Assembly (NCBI RefSeq): GCF_001194135.2
Contig: NC_068991.1
Span: 2,107,560-2,161,516 of the forward strand
Direction: 5' to 3'
Length of the DNA stretch: 53,957 bases
DNA from: Octopus bimaculoides
Taxonomy: Eukaryota
Both the position numbers and the translations under genes were made by a program. Shown here piece after piece: positions 13,023-24,910 of the stretch. The notes under the pieces are model-generated. The model searched no databases. It saw only the letters and a list, made by a program, of their open reading frames with translations, and was not told the DNA's origin. Position 1 is the first letter of the stretch, and every line of letters begins with the position of its first letter.

Positions 13023-14146
13023 NNNNNNNNNNNNNNNNNNNNNNNNNNNNNNNNNNNNNNNNNNNNNNNNNNNNNNNNNNNNNNNNNNNNNNNNNNNNNN
13101 NNNNNNNNNNNNNNNNNNNNNNNNNNNNNNNNNNNNNNNNNNNNNNNNNNNNNNNNNNNNNNNNNNNNNNNNNNNNNNNNNNNNNNNNNNNNNNNNNNNN
13201 NNNNNNNNNNNNNNNNNNNNNNNNNNNNNNNNNNNNNNNNNNNNNNNNNNNNNNNNNNNNNNNNNNNNNNNNNNNNNNNNNNNNNNNNNNNNNNNNNNNN
13301 NNNNNNNNNNNNNNNNNNNNNNNNNNNNNNNNNNNNNNNNNNNNNNNNNNNNNNNNNNNNNNNNNNNNNNNNNNNNNNNNNNNNNNNNNNNNNNNNNNNN
13401 NNNNNNNNNNNNNNNNNNNNNNNNNNNNNNNNNNNNNNNNNNNNNNNNNNNNNNNNNNNNNNNNNNNNNNNNNNNNNNNNNNNNNNNNNNNNNNNNNNNN
13501 NNNNNNNNNNNNNNNNNNNNNNNNNNNNNNNNNNNNNNNNNNNNNNNNNNNNNNNNNNNNNNNNNNNNNNNNNNNNNNNNNNNNNNNNNNNNNNNNNNNN
13601 NNNNNNNNNNNNNNNNNNNNNNNNNNNNNNNNNNNNNNNNNNNNNNNNNNNNNNNNNNNNNNNNNNNNNNNNNCACCACCACTATGCAATAACCACCACC
13701 ACCACCACCATGCTTCTATTCGAAGGGTTCACCAAAAGAAATCCTATTCCCTAATGCGTTGATGGTTGTTTGAAGTATTCTAACTCTAATTTCCTCTGTT
13801 TTGGATCGTCAACCCTCCTCCCCTCACATACGCACACCTATACGCAGCCCCCACATACCATTTGACCTGACCTCACCTGACCTAGTCTGACCTTTCCTAA
13901 CCTCCTTTCAGCGCAGTCATTGTCTCAGTTATATCATTGCGTATGTTTCGTGGGTGTGTTTGCCTTGATTGTCTTTGGAACTGTTAGCTCTGTTCCAAGT
14001 TGTACTCACTTGGCAAAGGGACTTGATCTGGGGTCGTGGTGCGTTGGAACTAAAACAATTACATCGGGCTAGACTCATGAACAACATTGAAAACACACAC
14101 ACACACACTTATATACATGTGTGTGTGTGTCAGCGTGTGTGTGTGT

Positions 14147-14183
<37 letters not shown>

Positions 14184-14859
14184 TGTGTATACATACGTGT
14201 ATACATATATACTTTTTTACTTGTTTCAGTCATTTGACTGTGGCCATGCTGGAGCACCGCCTTTAGTGGAGCAAATCGACCCCAGGACTTACTCTTTGTA
14301 AGCCTAGTACTTATTCCATCGGTCTATCTTGCCGAACCGCTAAGTTACGGGGTCGTAACCAGCATTGGTTATCAAGCGATGTTGGAGGGGGGGGGGACAA
14401 ACACACACACACACACANNNNNNNNNNNNNNNNNNNNNNNNNNNNNNNNNNNNNNNNNNNNNNNNNNNNNNNNNNNNNNNNNNNNNNNNNNNNNNNNNNN
14501 NNNNNNNNNNNNNNNNNNNNNNNNNNNNNNNNNNNNNNNNNNNNNNNNNNNNNNNNNNNNNNNNNNNNNNNNNNNNNNNNNNNNNNNNNNNNNNNNNNNN
14601 NNNNNNNNNNNNNNNNNNNNNNNNNNNNNNNNNNNNNNNNNNNNNNNNNNNNNNNNNNNNNNNNNNNNNNNNNNNNNNNNNNNNNNNNNNNNNNNNNNNN
14701 NNNNNNNNNNNNNNNNNNNNNNNNNNNNNNNNNNNNNNNNNNNNNNNNNNNNNATATATATATATATACATATTTACATGGGAGAATTTACGAAAAAACA
14801 ACAGACGAAGACAGGTAGTGTAAACAACAAATGGATGTATTAGTTTAACGCTCAACGAG

Positions 14860-15783
14860 AGGAAAATTCGACCCCACAGACATCTGCGTTCCGGCCGACC
14901 TGTTTAGTTCAAGGAGGATCGATTGAATGAACTCAAGTACGACGATTCTGGTCAATTCACTGGAGAATCGGTCCACCAGATGGAATGTTCTCGTGTTACG
15001 TCACCCGTCACCTTCATTCGATGGATAAGCTACAAAATACTTTGTGCCATGGGTGTCGCACGCACTGAACGAAAAAGACAACAAACCCCTCTATCACCAC
15101 CAGTTTGCTCGCTCGACACCCACCTACTTATAAACACAAAGATTGCTTTGCCATATCGTCACCGGGGTTTTGAAAAATTGTGTCTTTGAGACAATATGTA
15201 GCTGAGAAAAGAATATCTGAGCCCCAATAAGCAGGCAACACCAAGAGAGTTGCAACCCCACAAGACAATGATCTGTGTTTGGTGAGTTTGGGAAGGGTTA
15301 ATCCGCCACGAAATGGTTGAAAACAGCCACATAACCAATGGAGAGTTTTACGTTCGGTAAATGGACTGGTTCAACAAGGTAAGCCTACTGAAACGACACG
15401 AATGGTGACAGGGCGAGCTTCTTCAATGCGACAACGTTGGTAATTTGACCCAAAATAGTCTTCAAGACCCCGGTTTTGGAAGCTCTACCGCACCCATTGC
15501 ATTCTCCTGATATAGCACTTTCAGCTAACACCATTTTCGGTCGCTCTCCAATAGTCTGCGAGTCGTTTCGTTCAACAATGACGTGGGGTTGAAAATTTGG
15601 CGCGATGAATTCTTCGATTCAAGACCCGGTAATTTTCGCCGTGAAAGCATTGACGAACTCGTGGAATTTTGGCAAGATTTCGAGAACACCGAAGTGGAAT
15701 ATATTATTGATTTATTTATTTAGATTGCTGATGAAAAATGGGGATTAAAATAAATGCGGGAAAAACGAATTTAACCCAATATA
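14860..15783 (+). mobile_element. Decayed mariner (Tc1/mariner) transposase remnant with right terminal repeat
   Basis: Frameshifted traces of RSGRP, WVPHELNE, HRIVTG(D), (E)ALPHP..SPDIA, HHFRSLSNSLR.VSFNND..LKIW.DEFFDSRP and EYII. Ends ...aacccaata followed by TA. Confidence 0.85.
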
Positions 15784-16288
15784 TGTAACCCTCATGGCTG
15801 CCCTAATCCGAGGCATAAGATTGCAAATACGTTCAACATAGAGTTAACAACAAGTTGAGATAAACGGAGATCTGTGCCACCATCTACGGATAAATAAATA
15901 AATAAAAACAAAGCGCTGAACAAGTTAGAAAAATCACACAGAACGAAATATGTGAAATATTTATGGATACATACATGCGCGCGCGCGCGTGTGTCTGTGT
16001 GTGTAATTAATTAAGGGTAAAAAAAACATTTTTTTAAGAACAAAGAAGAAACGAAAAATCATCAACATTAATCTATTCATATTCAAATACACTAACCGGA
16101 AACCGCAGATATTCAACGACGCCATTTTCTAATGCGGGACGGCGTTAATCTTTGAATAAGCCCGACAGCAGTAATGACACAGAAATAACCCTACCCTCTT
16201 TGATCTGGTCTTTCTCCTTGCTTTCTTTGCTTATTTTAGTCTTTATACATTATATATGTGTGTGTTTGTGTGCGTATGTCTGTATGCG

Positions 16289-16345
<57 letters not shown>

Positions 16346-16418
16346 TTACATAAATAACTATATAACATACGAATATTATAGATATATATAGAATATATGT
16401 ATTTATAAATGTTTTCAA

Positions 16419-16456
<38 letters not shown>

Positions 16457-16711
16457 GCGTGTGCGTGTGTGTATATTACCCGTTCTCATTATCTTTTATA
16501 CATGTGTCATCTGGTCACCATCTTTGCGTAATTATACATTCTGTCGTCGTCGTCGTCGTCGTCGTCTCTAATTGGCGACTTCGTCTCGCCATCCGCTGTC
16601 TGTTGTCTTTTTTCACTCGCCATCCGCCGCAGTAACTCAGCATCAAACACATTCAACAACAAAGAAAATTCAACCAACTCTGCTGTTACTCTTTACTCTC
16701 TTTATTATTTT

Positions 16712-16909
16712 ACTTGTTTCAGTCATTTGACTACGGCCATGCTGGAGCACCGCCTTTTAGTCGAACAAATCGACCCCAGGACTTATTCTTTGTAAGCCTA
16801 GTACTTATTTTATCGGTCACTTAATTGCCGAACATGTAAGTTACGCGGACGTAAACACACCAGCATCGGTTGTCAAGCGAAGGAGAGGGACAAACACAGA
16901 CACACAAAT

Positions 16910-16910
<1 letters not shown>
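16712..16910 (+). mobile_element. Abundant short interspersed repeat (ttcagtcatttgact.ggccatgctggagcaccgcc family)
   Basis: Copies at 14217-14417, 35492-35580 (-), 39030-39120 (-), 46160-46275 and 34690-34740 (-). Confidence 0.75.
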
Positions 16911-16952
<42 letters not shown>

Positions 16953-17699
16953 TATATATATGTATGTATGTATATGTACGACGGGCTTCTTTCAGTTTCC
17001 GTCTACCAAATCCACTCACAAGGTTTTGGTCGGCCCAAGGCTATAGTAGAAGACACTTGCCCAAGGTGGCACGCAGAGGGACTGAACCCGGAACTATGTG
17101 GTTTGTAAGCAAGCTTCTTACCACACTGCCACTCCTGCGCCTATATATACAAAATATGTGTGCAGTCCCCAAAACACGCATCAAATCACACGCACCCATC
17201 CATACACACACGCACACACATCATCATCGTCATCATCGTCATCCTCATCATCATCATCATCTTCGTCATCATTGTCATATATTACTCATTCAATTTTCCC
17301 CAAATTTTCCATATTCCGGCCGAGAGACCCATCTAATACTGTTCTGTCATTACAACATATAAGTGCCCTCCTCACTCTCTTTCTCTCTTTCAACCTTCTT
17401 ACTCTCTCTCTCTCTCTCTCTCTCTTATTTATATTATCGCATTGTTCATCTTATTTCCTAGAATAAGTCTACCGGTTCAAGTACTTCACTCTCAATCCTT
17501 CAACACAGTGGAAAAAAACTTGTCTCCAGACTTTGTTACGCCCAGTTTAAAAACGCAGATGACTTCCTTGTTTAAGGCAATGTTGTTGTGATACTCTATC
17601 CCTAATGTAGAACATGGAATTTTGATTGTTCAAAGACAAATTCCTTCCATTCACCCAGTCGTATTTCATACACGTATAGACATCATCTTTGTTTTTCTT

Positions 17700-18120
17700 G
17701 CCATCAAACACCACTTCTAGATGCTAGCGTTGACCACATTGGAACTCGATCTCGTGACAGACTGCATATCTGATGATAAGATATTTCGGATAAGGTCGCA
17801 TCATCATTTCCATTTCGTCATTTCATGGAATCCAAAGATCCAATTACCTGCCAAAGTTTGTCGGATTATGGCGAAAGAGTTCATGATCAACCTTGCCAAA
17901 AACTTTTCGAAATCGAAGTATATTTTGCCAGACATTGATCCACATCCCAGGCTGTTCCGAGTTTCGTTACTGCGTACTCCATGGTTCGCTATAGCAGAAG
18001 AAAGACGAGATGATTACAGCTGAAACGCATTTGACCAAAGACCTCCTTATCAAGGATGATACGTGGAGATTTACTTTCATATATCACACACCAATAGTCT
18101 TAATAAGTTTTTCACTTTGC
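17700..18120 (-). mobile_element. CR1/L2-like LINE reverse transcriptase fragment (decayed)
   Basis: Minus strand gives IYFDFEK / FGKVDHELF (compare IYLDFSKAFDKVDH) and GNWIFGF, with frameshifts. Confidence 0.6.
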
Positions 18121-18347
18121 TGGTAACTGCACGAATAACAGAAAGGAAAAAATAGCGTGTTACAATGTGGTTCAAATGAATGTGGACATTTGTAGGTCGC
18201 ATCAATGCCACTCGGCACCAGTCGAGTGCGGCAAACTTACTTTTAAAAACTGCCGAAAAACTGCTGGATCACGGTTACATTTCGCGTGTGTCATTTCACT
18301 GATTTCCCCATTAACAGAAGTTTTGACCTTAGACTCTCATGGAGGCT

Positions 18348-18420
18348 AATTCGCTGGTGTAAAGGTAACACACTTAGTCGCGTTAACAAAGGGATGTGGG
18401 TTCGAGTCCCATGCGAATAG
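18348..18420 (+). pseudogene. tRNA-like sequence (pseudo-tRNA or SINE head) followed by an oligo-T run
   Basis: Acceptor AATTCGC/GCGAATA (6 bp), D-arm GTGT/ACAC with A-box TGGTGTAAAGGTAAC, T-arm GTGGG-TTCGAGT-CCCAT. The anticodon arm pairs only 3-4 bp. A second, more decayed copy lies on the minus strand at about 19182-19255. Confidence 0.6.
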
Positions 18421-19947
18421 GAAAGTCTTTTTTTTTTGTTGAGGGCTTATATTCCCCGTTATTAGACTATTTTCCTTAGTAATTGCACGGTAATCACCAT
18501 AAGCCTTAAGCTTATACAAAAATACCATTATTATTAATTACAGGATTGTAAAATAAGGCGCCGAATAGCAAAATCATTCGCATAAAAAAAAAAGCAGATG
18601 ACACTATCCAACGTATTAAGAAATATGTCTGGATTGAACCAGACATATTTTGCCAAATTATGAAAACGACACAACAAATCAGAGGGGTGAACTCTTACAA
18701 AAGATCGAAATAAAATAAATAGCGACACACTCAGCACTAAAGATGAAATAGGTAAGTATTTACCGTACATGCTCTACAAAGTAATCAGAGGCTACGAGTT
18801 CAAATTTCTTCTGGGCTTTTGGTTGTGTGTTTTTTTTTTTTTTTTCGTCTGCACATCGAGCTCATAATACTTTCAGATTTTTAAAAATCTCGGTCAGAAT
18901 TTCTGTAACTTTGGTTCTTGTGAAGTTGAGAAGAAACAAATTCATATGGAGAACGTCCCTTAATTCATTGGAGAGTATCACCTGCTTTTTTTTTTCTTTC
19001 TTTTTTTTCTTGTTAAGCGAATAGTTTTGTTATACGGCGCCATATTTCACAATCTTGTAAATAATAATAATGGTGTTTTAATATAAGCTCAAGGCTTATA
19101 GGGATCACTGTGCAATGACTATGAAAAACAGTCTAATACCGGAAGATATAAGCCCTCGACAGAAAAAAAATAAGCCTTTACTATTCGCGTGGGACTCGAA
19201 CTTACATCCCTTTATTAACGCGACTAAGTGTGTTACCTTTACCCCAACGAATTACCCTATCAGTTCGTATTTGTTCTTATATAAACGAACTTTCTACATG
19301 TTTTTGGTGCGAATGGTTTTTTTTATACGGCGCCGAGTTTACAATCCTGTAAATGATAATAATGGTATGTTTATCTAAGCTTAAAGCTTTTAGTGATCAC
19401 CGTGCAATGACGAAGGAAAATAGTCTAATAAAGGGGCATAGAAGCCCTCGACAGAAAAAAGAAGGCTTTCGTGGCGGATAAATGTAATCTTCTTTGAGAT
19501 TGGCCTTATACATCATTGGCTGTGACGTATAAGTGGAATAAGTAAACAAACAAGATAGCATAGATGTAAAGAGGGGCTGTTTTGATTGTTATTGAAATGG
19601 TTTGGCCCTGTTCATGGCATAAAGGAAGCATCTAGAATAACCTGTAATAAAACGGAAGTTAGCACTCGCCAGTGACTGTTTCAAATGCCTGCAACTAATC
19701 GAAACGATATTATTTTAACAGAAGGTGCAGCGGTGTCAAATTGCGTCGGGAGGACCAACAATTCTATAGATCCAGCATTGGACAGATGGCTTTGGAGGAC
19801 TCTCGTCTCTGTTTTTCTCTTCAAACATCTCCTTTGACAAAGCACTTGAAATTTGACACTATCAATTTTTAAGTGACTTGTACTACATAAATAAATATGC
19901 ATAGTGAGGCCCACAATCAAATAGAGATAGAAAGACAGACAGATTTG

Positions 19948-19983
<36 letters not shown>

Positions 19984-20039
19984 CAGACAGACTTGTAGAT
20001 AGACGCCAAGTGTTAAAAAAACATTGAATACCTCAAACC

Positions 20040-20430
20040 AGGTGAGAAAACTCGCCCTGTAAGCGTCCGTATTAATATAGACTTTTTCCTGTCCTTCAGT
20101 TACCTATTCAGCTGCTTTGAGACCTTTGAATTTCAAGTCAATGTTTTGCATACACAGAATGTTGAACCAGTTTCGTTTGTGGCTCTCTTTGCAGATTGGT
20201 TCCCAATTTGCCATATTGAAATTCAGGTTGAATTAGGCTTGAGTCCTTCTGATAGGGTAGATACCAACAGTTCGCACAGTACCATACATAGTTGGTTCAA
20301 CAATGTTGTGATCTGAGAGTGCTGTTGGTGTCACTTTCACATTATGGATAAGGTCCACGTTATTTGTGAAGCAGAGGTCCAATATGCTATTTCCCCTGAT
20401 TGGTCTGAGTATCATGCACTAATACCTGGA
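20040..20430 (-). mobile_element. CR1/L2-like LINE endonuclease C-terminus and linker
   Basis: PIRGNSILDLCFTNNVDLIHNVKVTPTALSDHNIVE (the PTR..LDL..TN...SDH motif of APE domains), followed by LNFNMANWEPI. Probably the same element as 17700-18120. Confidence 0.75.
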
Positions 20431-21526
20431 CATCCTTGTTACTTATTTGCTTCATATACATATATGTATGTATATATATGTATGCATATGTCTATGTATG
20501 TATGTATGTATGTTTATATGTATATGTCAATGTATGTATGTATATATGTATATATATATATATATATATATNNNNNNNNNNNNNNNNNNNNNNNNNNNNN
20601 NNNNNNNNNNNNNNNNNNNNNNNNNNNNNNNNNNNNNNNNNNNNNNNNNNNNNNNNNNNNNNNNNNNNNNNNNNNNNNNNNNNNNNNNNNNNNNNNNNNN
20701 NNNNNNNNNNNNNNNNNNNNNNNNNNNNNNNNNNNNNNNNNNNNNNNNNNNNNNNNNNNNNNNNNNNNNNNNNNNNNNNNNNNNNNNNNNNNNNNNNNNN
20801 NNNNNNNNNNNNNNNNNNNNNNNNNNNNNNNNNNNNNNNNNNNNNNNNNNNNNNNNNNNNNNNNNNNNNNNNNNNNNNNNNNNNNNNNNNNNNNNNNNNN
20901 NNNNNNNNNNNNNNNNNNNNNNNNNNNNNNNNNNNNNNNNNNNNNNNNNNNNNNNNNNNNNNNNNNNNNNNNNNNNNNNNNNNNNNNNNNNNNNNNNNNN
21001 NNNNNNNNNNNNNNNNNNNNNNNNNNNNNNNNNNNNNNNNNNNNNNNNNNNNNNNNNNNNNNNNNNNNNNNNNNNNNNNNNNNNNNNNNNNNNNNNNNNN
21101 NNNNNNNNNNNNNNNNNNNNNNNNNNNNNNNNNNNNNNNNNNNNNNNNNNNNNNNNNNNNNNNNNNNNNNNNNNNNNNNNNNNNNNNNNNNNNNNNNNNN
21201 NNNNNNNNNNNNNNNNNNNNNNNNNNNNNNNNNNNNNNNNNNNNNNNNNNNNNNNNNNNNNNNNNNNNNNNNNNNNNNNNNNNNNNNNNNNNNNNNNNNN
21301 NNNNNNNNNNNNNNNNNNNNNNNNNNNNNNNNNNNNNNNNNNNNNNNNNNNNNNNNNNNNNNNNNNNNNNNNNNNNNNNNNNNNNNNNNNNNNNNNNNNN
21401 NNNNNNNATATATATATATATATATACATATATAAAGTATACTTATGAAATCAACCCCAACATTCTGGTAACATGCATCGCTTTCAAGGAGAACATTATG
21501 GATAGAGAGAGACACACACACACACA

Positions 21527-21800
21527 TAGCTATATGATAAGAAGCTTGCTTCTCAACCACATGGTTCCGGGTTCAGTCCCACTGCATGGCACCTTGGGTA
21601 AGTGTCTTCTATTATACCCTCTAACCGACCAAAGCCTTGTGAGAGGATTTGGTAAACGGAAACTGAAAGAAGCTCGTCGTATATGTGTGGTGGGGTGTCT
21701 GTGTCTCTGTGTCTGTGTTTGTCTACCCTCCATCGCTTAACAACCGATGTTGGCGTGTGTACGTCTCCGTAACCTAGCAGTTCGGCAAAAAGACTATAAA
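21527..21800 (+). mobile_element. tRNA-headed SINE with CORE-like segment (ggcaccttgggcaagtgtctt)
   Basis: Near-identical segments at 16975-17140 (-), 24930-25060 (-), 28540-28700, 32125-32250 (-) and 53150-53320. B-box gggttcagtccc. Confidence 0.75.
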
Positions 21801-21907
21801 ATAGAGGGCTATGTTAGCCCTGTATTGTTGGGTACAAACTATGAAATAGGGGGTTATATTAGCCCTGTATTATTGGGTACAAACTATAAAATAGGAGTAT
21901 ATGTTAG
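21791..21907 (+). repeat. 45-bp minisatellite, about 2.6 copies
   Basis: Units start at 21791, 21836 and 21881 (aaactataaaatag.gggctat.ttagccctgtatt.ttgggtac). Confidence 0.9.
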
Positions 21908-22204
21908 TTTTGTGTCATTGTAAAACTGAAATAAATAGATCTGATATTGAGTACTTGAAGCATGGTAACAAAATGTTTTAAAGTTTGAACAAACCTGCAC
22001 ACCCACACACACACACACACACACGTGCACACACACACATACTTGCACACGTGNNNNNNNNNNNNNNNNNNNNNNNNNNNNNNNNNNNNNNNNNNNNNNN
22101 NNNNNNNNNNNNNNNNNNNNNNNNNNNNNNNNNNNNNNNNNNNNNNNNNNNNNNNNNNNNNNNNNNNNNNNNNNNNNNNNNNNNNNNNNNNNNNNNNNNN
22201 NNNN

Positions 22205-22255
<51 letters not shown>

Positions 22256-22603
22256 GTGTGTATGTGTGTGCGTGTGCATACATACATACACACTTATACA
22301 TAATTGAAAGAATGTTAATAGCTTGTATAACACATCTGGTCATTAAGGGGTGGGGACTCAACCTGAGAAGCAACAAAATATCATTTCAAAAGGCTTGAAC
22401 AAGAATTGAACCCTTCACTTTAAAACAGTGGCGAAATAAACAGGAGAGAGGTTGGTTGGCAGCTGTTTTTGAAGTGGAGTCGATCTCATATTCACCATGC
22501 ATATACACGAATACACACATATATACATATACACACACCCCTACATACATACATACATACATGTAGGACTACATATGCTTGCGTATACAATACTACGTAC
22601 ATA

Positions 22604-23040
22604 TAAGGCGGCGAGGAGCTGGCAGAAACGTTAGCACGCCGGACGAAATGCTTAGCGATGTTTCGTCTGCCGTGGCGTTCTGAGTTCAAATTCCGCCGAG
22701 GTTGACATTGCCTTTCATCTGTTCGGGGTCGATTAAATAAGTACCAGTTACGCATTGGGGTCGATATAATCGACTTAATTCGTTTGTCTGTCCTTGATTG
22801 TCCCCTCTATGTTTAGCCCCTTGTGGGCAATAAAGAAATAAGAAACGTTAGCACGCTGGACGAAATGCTTAGCAGTGTTTCGTCTGTCTTTACGTTCTGA
22901 GTTCAAATTCCGCTGAGGTCGACTTCACATTTCAACCTTTCGGAGTCGATAAATTAAGTACAAGTTGCATACTGGGGTCGATCTAATCGACTGGCCCCCT
23001 CCCCAAAAATTTCGGGCCTTGTGTCTAGAGTAGAAAAGAA
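22604..23040 (+). mobile_element. Composite or dimeric SINE-like repeat (head aaggcggcgagctggcagaa; body duplicated)
   Basis: gaaacgttagcacg...gagttcaaattcc...ggggtcgat occurs twice in tandem. Related pieces at 3841-4069, 26440-26510 (-), 34256-34312, 46590-46690 (-) and 51040-51125. Confidence 0.7.
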
Positions 23041-23637
23041 CACCACGTATATATCACCTGTATTTTCTATATTTCGTGTTNNNNNNNNNNNNNNNNNNNN
23101 NNNNNNNNNNNNNNNNNNNNNNNNNNNNNNNNNNNNNNNNNNNNNNNNNNNNNNNNNNNNNNNNNNNNNNNNNNNNNNNNNNNNNNNNNNNNNNNNNNNN
23201 NNNNNNNNNNNNNNNNNNNNNNNNNNNNNNNNNNNNNNNNNNNNNNNNNNNNNNNNNNNNNNNNNNNNNNNNNNNNNNNNNNNNNNNNNNNNNNNNNNNN
23301 NNNNNNNNNNNNNNNNNNNNNNNNNNNNNNNNNNNNNNNNNNNNNNNNNNNNNNNNNNNNNNNNNNNNNNNNNNNNNNNNNNNNNNNNNNNNNNNNNNNN
23401 NNNNNNNNNNNNNNNNNNNNNNNNNNNNNNNNNNNNNNNNNNNNNNNNNNNNNGTTTTACATCCTCTAAATAGAGAAAAAAAGCTAGCTGTAACTTTTCC
23501 CTCAAGAAGGATTTTGTCTAAAACGTTGAATTTTCCACTCGCCATGGTGATTTCACAATACTTTTTTTATCGATTTTACCAAATAATACAAGTCTTGCCA
23601 ACGCAGATCCACACGAGTCTGTTTGGAGTCTATTTGA

Positions 23638-23681
<44 letters not shown>

Positions 23682-23884
23682 TTATTCAGTTTTCTTTCAA
23701 GATTTCTTGCCAATAGAGAAAGAACTGGCTTCCGAGATCCAAGGCTCCTTCTTGGAATTTCAACATCAACAACAGAGTATCTTTGCTTGTATGTATGTAT
23801 GTATGTATGTATGTATGTGCAGACTTGTATGTTTTGCTTTATGTACGTATTCTCATGCGTACAGTTGCATATCTAGACATGCTC

Positions 23885-24615
23885 ATATTTATTTAAATGA
23901 TAAACTTCTGGAAAGTTTTTCAGATTCTTACAGTTCCAATGATGGATGGGATCTGTAGTCTTCGAATTAGCTTTCTGCTTTCTAGTTTTGAGAAGCCTAA
24001 TTTCTCAAGATTGGTATTTGGGCAGTGTGTTACATATCCCAGGACCCCAATAATTACAGGTATTAACCTGAACTTGTAATCTGGATAGAGCAACTGCAGA
24101 TTTCTCAATTGTACAGCATAGGTGTTCTCTTTTTCACTGACCATCAGCTTTATGGTCAGCTAATATCCACAACTGCTCACAGTTACTTTTCTCTATCCCT
24201 AGTCATTATATCAGGTCTGTTGTGCTTACATTTTATTGAGGTCTTCATTGGGACATTCCACCAGTATTCCTTTTTATTATGAGTGGCAATGGCTTCTACC
24301 ATATTGTGGGTTCTTATTTCTTTGTCTTCGGGATTATCCTTCTGATGGATTTCATTATAGAATGTCCTAGCTACAACATTATGTCTCATCGGTAGATAAT
24401 ACCGTGATGACATTTTCGGACAACTGCTTATGATGTGGCTGATATCTTCAGTGTGAACTCCACGAAGTCTACATCGGTTGTCTCAATTTACTGCTTTTCC
24501 CGCATCTCTATCTCTTTTGTGCATCGGGTATTTGGTTAATATTTCCTGTTCCTGGATTGCAAACACATACCCTTCAAAGTGGGAGGTAGTAATCCAGTTA
24601 TTGATCCATGATAAA
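23885..24615 (-). mobile_element. R4/Dong-like non-LTR retrotransposon 3' part (zinc knuckle plus restriction-like endonuclease), pseudogenised
   Basis: SHFEGYVFAIQEQEILTKY; CRL(R)GVHTEDISHIISSCPKMSSRYYLPMRHN (CCHC knuckle plus RHN); KHNRPDIM (PD motif); EKENTY...FRLIPVIIGVLG. Contains internal stops. Confidence 0.8.
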
Positions 24616-24679
24616 TTGCTTTGATGATCGATGTTACTATCATCTCAAATGTATGTATGTATGTATGTATGTATGTATG

Positions 24680-24740
<61 letters not shown>

Positions 24741-24741
<1 letters not shown>

Positions 24742-24910
24742 AGAATGTACGAAAAAAAAACAGAAACAGAAGAGGACAGGTGGTGTAAACAACAAAAGGA
24801 TGTATTAGTTTGACGCTCGGAAATACAGAAAGTCTTTAACGTTTCGAGCTACACTCTTCAACAGAAAGAATACGGAGAAAACAAGGAGAAAAACATATAT
24901 ATACACCAAC
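24741..24910 (+). mobile_element. Penelope-associated-like short repeat containing a hammerhead-like motif
   Basis: gagaat.tacgaaaaa...gtgtaaacaacaaa.ggatgtattagttt.acgctc is shared with 14781-14852. The 24741 copy continues into the aacgtttcgagc motif. Confidence 0.5.
24833..24869 (-). ncRNA. Candidate loopless (dimer-type) hammerhead variant
   Basis: ucuuu-CUGUUGA-a-GAG(uguag)CUC-GAAAC-GUU-aaaga: perfect 5-bp stem I and 3-bp stem II. Core deviates at A6 (U instead of A). Confidence 0.4.

Noticed and set aside
5895-14855. Long ORFs of 150-390 aa in the track (also near 20.3-23.7 kb, 27.1-28.1 kb, 36.7 kb, 38.2 kb and 43.3-44.4 kb)
   Set aside because: Their length comes from N-runs translated as X.
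16540-16690. CpG-richer patch with ATTGG, a possible promoter or 5' exon
   Set aside because: Partly a (GTC)n repeat, with no supporting motif cluster, start codon or donor.
17470-17690. Possible additional Penelope-like RT trace on the plus strand (VVILYP-NVEHG)
   Set aside because: Too decayed to call by eye.
18348-18420. Functional tRNA gene
   Set aside because: The anticodon stem is broken and one base short, 1-72 is mismatched, and the sister copy has lost D- and T-stem pairs. Kept only as tRNA-like.
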